Below are positions 54,761 through 64,000 of a DNA stretch of 64,000 nt, one piece after another. Every line of letters begins with the position of its first letter. Within the stretch, counting starts at the first letter, position 1. Location: the NCBI RefSeq assembly GCF_006345805.1, contig NC_043011.1, positions 67,406,464-67,470,463 of the forward strand. The letters run 5' to 3'. The notes beneath the pieces are model-generated. The model was not told the origin of the DNA. It worked only from the letters and a program-made list of their open reading frames with translations, and ran no database searches. The position numbers were made by a program, and so were the translations under genes. Origin of the DNA: Octopus sinensis. Lineage: Eukaryota.

Positions 54761-55729
54761 AACATCAACCGTCTAACAATTTCCCCCTCTTTCTTACCAG
54801 AAAGACCCAGGTTCGAAATTCCCGCAAGACACCTGATGAAGGCTGGAGGGTATATCAGCCGAAACATGCAGAGCTTTAACCCTTTAACCTCAAATGCAAA
54901 TCTTCAAACCGTTTAAATTCTTTCTGCATCTCACAACTAAACGACAAGTAAAAACCCTCAGGTTTTATTTTGTTTAGTACCCACATAAACAAATCCCTTC
55001 AAATAGTTTGACAGTTGGTCTATTAATCATCATCATAGTATGGTGGGGTGACCTACCCAGACAAATAAATCATATTGGTCTTCCGATATGTTTCATCTGT
55101 GCAGACCACGATTACATATAATAGCAGTCGTTAGCTAACTGAATGGCTCGATCCTGGCCTTTGGCAGTTCAGCACTTAGTTCTATTCACCATTGACTCAG
55201 GAAGTTAACCTAGTGAAATAGTTCACATCCACCACGTTGCATCCTATGATTCCAACATAACCTTGGTTCGGGTAATTTCCAGGTCATAGGCCTTGCCAGT
55301 GAATAACCGGTGATTTGGTCCGGAATTGCTTATTCTCATATTCACGGCTGACCTCTATTTTCATGCTAATCAATCTATAGCTGGAACGCTGACAGGCGCT
55401 AGCACAGCAGGCCTGGAAACAATAGCGACTAAAATGTGATCCCACATTCATCGGAACCCTGGAAATTCCGAACCGGCTGTTGTTTAACGTCATGCCTATG
55501 AAAGGCTGCTTATATACACCCGCATTTTTCCAGTGAGACACTTCTGAAATGGATCGAAATATCTTTTAACATTCTTTCGCTATACAACATAGATTTAGTC
55601 ATATGGATTTGTTTGTCCCAAAAGTATGGGATTTAGAGGGATTACAACACAGAAATATTGATGTTCTGAATATCATCATCATCATCATAATCATCGTCAT
55701 TATTATTAATTAGGTATGCCGTTACTCCT

Positions 55730-56700
55730 AATGCGCAGACACGCGCTTAGGTTATGCCACCTGCAATGATTTCTGGACGTTTGTGAAGCTCGTCTCTCCG
55801 CGGCTCGTCTCCTTGACGGAGCTACAGTCCTGGGTGAAGAAAATACCGAGACTGGGCGGCTGGCACCTAGAATGTTGTCAGGCGTCCATAGTCTTCTACT
55901 GGATTATTGTGAGTTCCGCTTTAGAAATTTAGAGAGGATTAGTGGCGAGGTAGCGTAACGACCTTCTCGGGGAGACGCTAGGCTTCGACGAGAACACACT
56001 GGCTTGTCTATTCTGGAGAACTCTCCGTTCGGGAACTATCATGGATAATTTCCAGATGTCTTTGACTTGGCAGTGCTACCTGGAGGGCGCTACCGGTTCG
56101 AGATAAATTCTGCAGGTTCGGATGTGCTGTCAGACGGACTTGTACGAGGTGCGCGCAGAGTGAGGAAACCGTTCTGCCCTCGTTCAGTGTCCCGGCATTT
56201 CTGACTTGTGGGATTTTGTCAAAAAGCTGCTGTCACGTGTGGAATGGATTCGCCTGTTGGCAGAGTCTTTGGTAACAATCACACCACTGCCCTCCTTCAA
56301 TCGGGCAGGTAAGGCAGTTTTCCTTTGCCTGGTGGCTGTGGCGAAAACAGTTTAGTGGACAAGGCTGAAAGGCATGAGGACAGATACATTCCTCTTTGGT
56401 AGACCTCTCATTACATTCTTCGAGTCCAACTTGAAAAGGAAATTGAGGGTGGTGAGGGAAGTGCTGTCCCCGAGTGAGTTTACTGAAAGGTGGGAGAAAG
56501 TTGCGAAAAATGGCAAGAGTGGATGGCACCTCTCTAAGTGTAGACCTGTGAGTCGAAAAGAAGGAATTGGAGAGGGCACTTGCTCCCGGGGTTTCAGGGA
56601 AATTTTGGACAGCGGGGTTCTTCGATTATCCCTAGAGACCTTCCTGTATCAGGAAGGCCACATCTCTATCATCTTCCCAGTCACTCCTTTCTGTTCACTA
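55730..56700 (+). mobile_element. L1/Tx1-type LINE 3' fragment
   Basis: ALPVRDK...CTRC...EETV...LVQCP (zf-RVT-like CCHC), LWDFVKKLL, LKRKLRV; GC-rich relative to flanks; frameshifted. Confidence 0.7.
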
Positions 56701-56766
56701 TTCTATTATTATTATTACTATTATTATTATGATATTTATTATTATTATTATTATTATTACTATTAC

Positions 56767-56806
<40 letters not shown>

Positions 56807-56824
56807 ATTATTATTATTATTATT

Positions 56825-57454
56825 CAGTAGTTTTATTTTTATAGTGTGCTTTCACTTCACTACCGAGCGCAGCTCTGTGTGCCTTGGGTATGTGCTGTAA
56901 TTTGTTGTGATGCTCTGATGGTTATTGTATGGAAAGTGTTCTGCGTAGGATGTGTGCAGTGCCTAGTAGTGCAATTTTCTGTATGTTATATGTGTTTGTA
57001 AGTCCTTGTGTTTTTGTTATGTATTTGTCTGAATATTTTTTATCATGCCTAATTCACCTACTATGATAGGAATTGTTTCTGCTTTTAGATTCCACATTCT
57101 GGTTACCTCTATTTCCAGGTCTTTGTATTTTGAGAGTTTCCCCATTTCTTTTAGAGACACGTTGTCATCAGCCGGTATTGATACATCAATTAGAAAGCTT
57201 TTTTTTTCTTCATGATCTTTGACAACTATATCTGGTCTGTTGGCCTTAATTTCTCTATCTGTGTGTATCGGCATATCCCACAGTATGGTTGCTATCTCAT
57301 TTTCTGTGACCTTTTCTGGTGTGTGCCTATACCATCCTTTGTCTGTTGTTATTCCATAATGTTGGCATAGCTTCCAATGTATGTAGGTTCCAACTCTGTC
57401 ATGTCTGTGAATATATTCCTTCTTAGCCAGGACTGGGCAGCTAGAGATAATATG

Positions 57455-57457
<3 letters not shown>
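56825..57457 (-). mobile_element. R4/Dong-clade LINE 3' fragment, same subfamily as 21254-23545
   Basis: ANRPDIVV...LIDVSIP...KLSKYKDL; (ATT)n on both sides. Confidence 0.92.
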
Positions 57458-57495
<38 letters not shown>

Positions 57496-57649
57496 GTATT
57501 AGTATTATTATTATTATTTGTTTTACTTATTTCAATGAATAAAATTATTAGAAAAGAAACCACTGAAATTTATTAATTCAAGAGTCAACAATGTATTCCT
57601 ACTGGAATAAACATAGACTGAAATAAATTTGCATAGAGAGAGAGAGAGC

Positions 57650-57719
<70 letters not shown>

Positions 57720-57725
57720 TCAATC

Positions 57726-57803
<78 letters not shown>

Positions 57804-58666
57804 GAGGGAAGGAGGCAGTGAGGGGGAAAAGAAAGAGAAAATATAAATCAGATTCTTAGAATTCTGAAACATTAGCTGACAAAATTCCATGTCTTCTTTT
57901 TCCACTTCATTATCATCATCATCGTCATTATCATCATCGCTGTCGTCATCATCGTCATCATCGTTATCATTATAATTATCATCATTGTCATTACAATCAT
58001 CATCATCATTGAAATAATCATGAGCAGCTGCAGCTTTCTTAGCTGTGGTTATTATCAGTAACCAAAACTATTTTTCTCATAGGAAGTTCAAGCGAGGGCA
58101 CAGCGAATGCGAGCAGGGATTTTCACCGAGTGAAAACGGGGACAGCAACCTGACACCCTCTCGCAGATATTCTCAGCTTATCACCAACAGTTGTTGCCGT
58201 CTCGCATGTTCGTTATTCGAGACACCGCTCGTCACCCACCACGTTTCATGTTCGAAAAATTATTCGTAAACCGATTTGTTCGTGACAAGAGGTGTTTGTA
58301 TAACGAGGTCTAAGTGCCCTTACTTACAGTATGTCTCGGACGCAGATCATGTGTCGATAAGCAGCTGGAAAAGATGTTTTCCTGGGGTTAAAAAGTAGTA
58401 ACATAGTCCTCTGCAAAACTGCCATTTTATGTTGGCCAATAAACTTTATTATAAAGTAAATATGTTATATACTTATTAACAGCTAAATGCATGCACATAA
58501 CTTCTACTTCTTACCTTATCTTTCGTAATGTATAAACAACTGAATACATACATGTTACGTGTATATGTGTGTGTCTGTAAGTATGCACGTGTGCATGCAT
58601 ACATACATATATATATGTATGCATATGCATATATGTATATATTTATATACACACACACACATATAT

Positions 58667-58702
<36 letters not shown>

Positions 58703-58723
58703 CATACATACACACATGCACAT

Positions 58724-58806
<83 letters not shown>

Positions 58807-59226
58807 GGGAAAAATAAGGTAAAAATAGAACAATTCAAACTTTTGGAGAGGTCCAAAAAGAGAGAAAGAGTGATTTCTAATAAAGATTCATCATATTCAT
58901 AAAAAGCAGCCAAAGCAAGTAATACGAATATGAAAATAGTAGTTGGAAAATATCGTTTTAGGTATAAAAAATACCATAAACAATTATAGAAAAATGGTGG
59001 AGGAAAAGATGTTACATCAAAATTAGATTTAATATAAAATAGGATTCAATACTTATGCGCGTTTCAAAGGACAATACAAATATGTAAGAAAAAAACCATA
59101 GTATTTATAATTAAATTTATGCATTGTCAATTTCATCAGTATGAGGAATTTTTGTAAGGACATCAAAAAATGTTTAATAAAATAAAGTAAATTGAAATAA
59201 GATATAAGATAGAATATATATAATAT

Positions 59227-59262
<36 letters not shown>

Positions 59263-59687
59263 CACAAACATACTCATGCACATACACGCACTACACACAA
59301 ACACACACAATCCCATATACGCATACATACATACATACAAATGCCGTTTGAACACAGAGAGATGTTATTAAATTGAACTTTAATCAGCCTCGCTATATTT
59401 GCGTAATTTCAATATTCCGCCATTTCTTCAGTTTCAATTAAATACTTATTGTATGTTCTTTATTCTCTGCTGCATCTTCTACTTTCACAGTTTCGGAGAT
59501 GCATAAAATGTCACGTGCATGAAATATCCAATCGTTGTGGTGCCCCTGAACACTGTATACAATAATTTCATTATTATAAAGAAGAACAAACGTTGCGATG
59601 ATGAAAATATGCTTGCAGCAAAGATTTTATAAAATACAACAGTGTGAAACAGAAGCAGTTCTTTATGTTATAGATGTTCAGCAGTGA

Positions 59688-60000
59688 GGGCGCGTGGCTT
59701 AGTGGTTAGGGCATTCGGCTCATGATCGTATGGTTGTGAGTTCGATTCCCGGCGACGCGTTGTGTCCTTGAGCAAGACACTTTATTTCACGTTGCTCCAG
59801 TCCACTCAGCTGGCAAAAATGAGTTGTACTTGTATTTCAAAGGGTCAGCCTTGTCACTCTGTGTCACGCTGATTATCCCCGAGAACTACGTTAAGGGTAC
59901 ACGTGTCTGTGGAATGCTCAGCCATTTGCACGTTAATTTCACGAGCAAGCTGTTCCGTTGATCGTATCAGCTGGGACCCTCGTCGTCGTAACCGGCGGAG
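59688..60000 (+). mobile_element. Full-length SINE S2
   Basis: TGGCTTAGTGG A box, GAGTTCGATTCC B box, body to GTAACCGGCGGAGT. Confidence 0.88.
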
Positions 60001-60107
60001 TCTTTTTTTAGATGTTCAGCAACCCAACCATGACTCTCTCTCACTCTCTCTCAATCACTCTCTCTCTCAATCACATTCTCTCTCTCACTCACTCTCTCTC
60101 TCACTCA

Positions 60108-60204
<97 letters not shown>

Positions 60205-60724
60205 TGTTTACTTCAGACGGTTATTGCAAATGTCATTAACAAGTATTTATATATTCTGAATTGTCGTTTGAATCAACACTGAAGTGGATTTATATATTTT
60301 CCTCGTTTCGATCGGTCAGGCGTTCGATTCATTTCTTTTTATTATAATTTAATTGTTTGCTCTTTTCTGGGCTATTGTAAAGGTCTTTATTTTTTTGTTG
60401 GTTTATCCCATTCATTCCAATAATGAATTCCTGAAGAAAAGCCTAATTTGTGATTTCGAAAAGATTACTTTTCGTTTTCTTTTGAATTAATTAGGCTTGA
60501 TTACAACTTGTAGACTCTTTATAGGATTTGTTCCAACTTTGTATTAAATTATCGTCTACGCTTATATTTTTCATTTCCTTATACTTTATTTATTGATTAT
60601 ACCTATATTGAATATTTAGTTTTTTTTTATATATTCCTTGCTTGGATTGAACCGGCGGCGGACTTGGATATTTAACATTCTTTTGGAGGATTTATGTCCT
60701 TACTTCTTATATATAATATTTTAT

Positions 60725-60845
<121 letters not shown>

Positions 60846-60846
60846 G

Positions 60847-60904
<58 letters not shown>

Positions 60905-60910
60905 GATAAG

Positions 60911-60984
<74 letters not shown>

Positions 60985-61009
60985 TACACGAAGGATTATT
61001 TTCAGTTTC

Positions 61010-61385
61010 TTATTTCTTTATTACCCACAAGGGCTAAACATAGAGGTGTCAAACAATGACAGACAAAGGGATTAAATCGATTACATCGACCCCAGTAACT
61101 GCTACTTAATTTATCAACCCCGAAAGGATGAAAGGCAAAGTCGACCTCGGCGGAATTTGAAATCAGAACGTAACGGGAGACTAAATACCGCTAAGCATTT
61201 CGCCCGGCGTGCTAACGTTTCTGCCAGATAGCCGCCCTTCTTTTTCAATTTCTGTCTACCAAATCTGCAAACAAGGCTTTGGTTAGCCCGAGACCATAAT
61301 GGAAGACACTTGCCGAAAGTGCCACACAAGGAACTGAACTCAAGAACGCATGATTGTGAAGCAAGTTTCTTACTACACAGCCACA
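61010..61385 (-). mobile_element. Adjacent SINEs: S3 (61010-61230) and S1 head (61240-61385)
   Basis: Reverse-complement matches to 45750-45975 and to S1 heads. Confidence 0.8.
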
Positions 61386-61925
61386 CATAAAAAAAACAAA
61401 AACGTAGCACTGGTTTGACTACAGCTATAATCGCTCTGATCATATAGCTACCAAATTATTATTGACCTAGGGCTAAATAACAGTAGTAACAATATCAAAC
61501 GTCTCTCCTTTATGATCTTACAAGGATCTCATGAATATTCATCACCTAAGACTACCCGTTAATTTGCATATGTCTTAAGTCTGCAGTACATCATTATATT
61601 TCAAATTACGTCTGTTGCTGTGATCGCAATGTCTGATGTTTTAAACAAATATCTAATTTACGTCAGCCTTCACATCTTCTTTCACTGTTGTTCATTTCTA
61701 AAAATGTATTTTACTGATCACGTGATCCATCTGTTCAAAGAAATTTTAACATATTACTTCCAATGTTAACCTCGCTGTTTGTGCAAGTGCAAGCGTATGT
61801 ACGGTGGGTGTGGAGGTGTATGTATAAACGTACTTACGTGTGTAGAAATACATGATGTGTATGCGAGTATGAATGGACGGATATAAGTGTATATACATAT
61901 TTTTCATTTTTATGTGTGTCAGTGT

Positions 61926-61972
<47 letters not shown>

Positions 61973-62053
61973 ACACACACACACACACACACAACCCACA
62001 CAATATATATATAATATATATATATATATATTATATATATATATATACATATA

Positions 62054-62650
62054 TGAGGTCGGATCAATAAGTATCAGGACTGTTGCCATAGTAACGAAGT
62101 TAAAGCACGCAGAGTAAAGCTGCTTGGCATAGAATGACTTTACACTCAACACTGTATCTTGCTTCCGCTGTTTGCAGTAGTGCTTGAAATGAAGCGTGTG
62201 ATCGTCGCCTTGACCATGACAGAGAAAGTTGTTGTCATGGTGATACCTGCTCAGAGGCCTACGCAAAGTTGCAAAAAATGTATGGAGAGGAGTGTATGAG
62301 ACACACTCAAGTGTACGAGTTGTTTAGACGTTTCCAAGATGGCCGAAAACATGTCTCTAGCGTCTAACATTCTAGGAGACCCGCAACCAGCAGAACTGAT
62401 AAAAACATTGCAGATGTGCGAGCAGCTGTGAGTGGAAATCGTCGAATAACCATCCGTGAGTAATCAGAAGATGTGCAGATTAGTTACGGTTCAGTTCAGT
62501 CCATTATCACTGAAGATTTGGATATGAAACACGTGTCTGCTAAGTTTGTGCCAAAAGTGCTGACCAAATAGGCCAATCGGGTCTCAGTTGCACAAATTCT
62601 AAGTGATTCTGTCGAGAACGATGAAAACTTTTGAAAACTTTGCGTAGGCC
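62054..62650 (+). mobile_element. mariner 5' relic (HTH region)
   Basis: TA|TGAGGTCGGATCAATAAG terminus; LQKMYGEECM, QVYELFRRFQDG, KHVSAKFVPKVL (WVPHEL-like). Confidence 0.8.
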
Positions 62651-62806
62651 GCTGACAAGGTATCGCCAAGCTTTTGGCAAAATTTGATGCTCAGCTTTCT
62701 CTCTCATTGCAAAAATCGCTCACTACAGCATACACGTGAACAGACAAACTTAAATTTCACGACTTGCGAAGTAAACACTGCAATGTCACCTGTATGTATA
62801 TATATG

Positions 62807-62875
<69 letters not shown>

Positions 62876-63150
62876 TGTATATGCAATATATGTGCAGAGA
62901 TGTTAATATTACTATTTGCTGAATAACGGATTTGCTTCTTTTATTGTTGACTTGTCTGTTGCTTGTTTTCCTCCTTTTTCTTTGTTGATTTCCTGCAAAA
63001 CCTATAAATGATATATAAGAGTCTCCAGAAGTATACAAAAGCTCTTAATCCAGATGCAAATGAGAATCGACAGATTTTCGTTGACGCAAAAATTTCTAGC
63101 GTTATCTGCATCTGTCTATCTATCTATCTGTCTATGTGACTATCTATCTA

Positions 63151-63278
<128 letters not shown>

Positions 63279-63502
63279 GCATGTATGTATATATGTATAT
63301 ACATACACATTTATATACATATACATATAATATATATATATATATACAGCAAAATTTTTGATTCAAATGAATATGGTACTTAAGTTAGATGCACCAGAAT
63401 TTTGTATGATGTTATCCATATAAATCCATTGGGTGATTATAATCAATATAAGTAAAAATATAAAGTTAGCTAGAGATGGAATAAATAGTAACAACAATAA
63501 TA

Positions 63503-63565
<63 letters not shown>

Positions 63566-63584
63566 ACAGATTTGCTTGTCAGTT

Positions 63585-64000
63585 GTTTGACCTTAACCAG
63601 TTGAGCATGTCCCTTCGTGGCTGACAATATGTGCATCTCTGATCACGAGCAGAAGTAGTGGGGGAGCATCATAGCCGTGTGTTGAGAGGGATTCTTGGGG
63701 TTTGAAAGTTCCACCTCTGGAAACATGGGTGGTTCTTTCAACATCCTTAAACAACCCTTATTCAGGGACCTTTTGAGCGGGATGGGCTACTCAATCTGAA
63801 GAAAATTCTAACTGGGCCCCACCTGCAAGGTCATGTGCTGTTTATCTTGATATGAGATCACCATGTCGCGCACATATGGTTGTGATGCATGTGCCTGGTG
63901 TACCTTTATCAGACGGGTAGTCATGATGGGTATATTGGGCTTCGTATATTTTACCCCAGTGTCACTTTGATGGCATGCACTGCTCTCTCACTCAATAATA
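63585..64000. repeat. GC-richer segment, probably an unclassified interspersed repeat
   Basis: Composition shift after an (AAT)n tract, no ORF; no second copy in the window, so classification rests on recollection only. Confidence 0.35.

Noticed and set aside
55284-55541. 85-aa minus-strand ORF in unique-looking, GC-richer sequence
   Set aside because: No recognisable motif or splice support; length expected by chance
58075-58200. Candidate exon after an acceptor-like TTTTTCTCATAG
   Set aside because: No recognisable protein in any frame, no convincing donor, adjacent to a transposon-end-like relic

Overview
AT-rich, microsatellite-dense eukaryotic DNA with no supportable host protein-coding gene, rRNA or true tRNA. 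The SINE families resemble octopus tRNA-derived SINEs, so an Octopus-like cephalopod source is inferred, not proven. The window is a mosaic of transposable elements: two related CR1-group LINE families (A, B; one near-full-length copy with a CCCH-finger ORF1 and a single nonsense codon in ORF2), a third young CR1-type LINE with a TSD, an RTE 3' end with three C2H2-like fingers, three R4/Dong RLE-LINE pieces in (TAA)n, two L1/Tx1 3' pieces, one Penelope-like (RT-thumb + GIY-YIG) fragment, several Tc1/mariner relics, non-autonomous Helitrons and many SINEs. The signal no ORF explains is a set of about 13 type-I hammerhead ribozyme (HHR) motifs in non-coding elements. These include a 3x 592/593-bp head-to-tail array with a fully canonical HHR per unit (retrozyme/circRNA-like), several fold-back palindromes carrying HHRs, and a tRNA-headed SINE-like element with an HHR core in its tail. 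Most of these elements end in a similar CCCT/AT-rich terminus abutting (TA)n. All structures were folded by eye; boundaries of degenerate elements are approximate.
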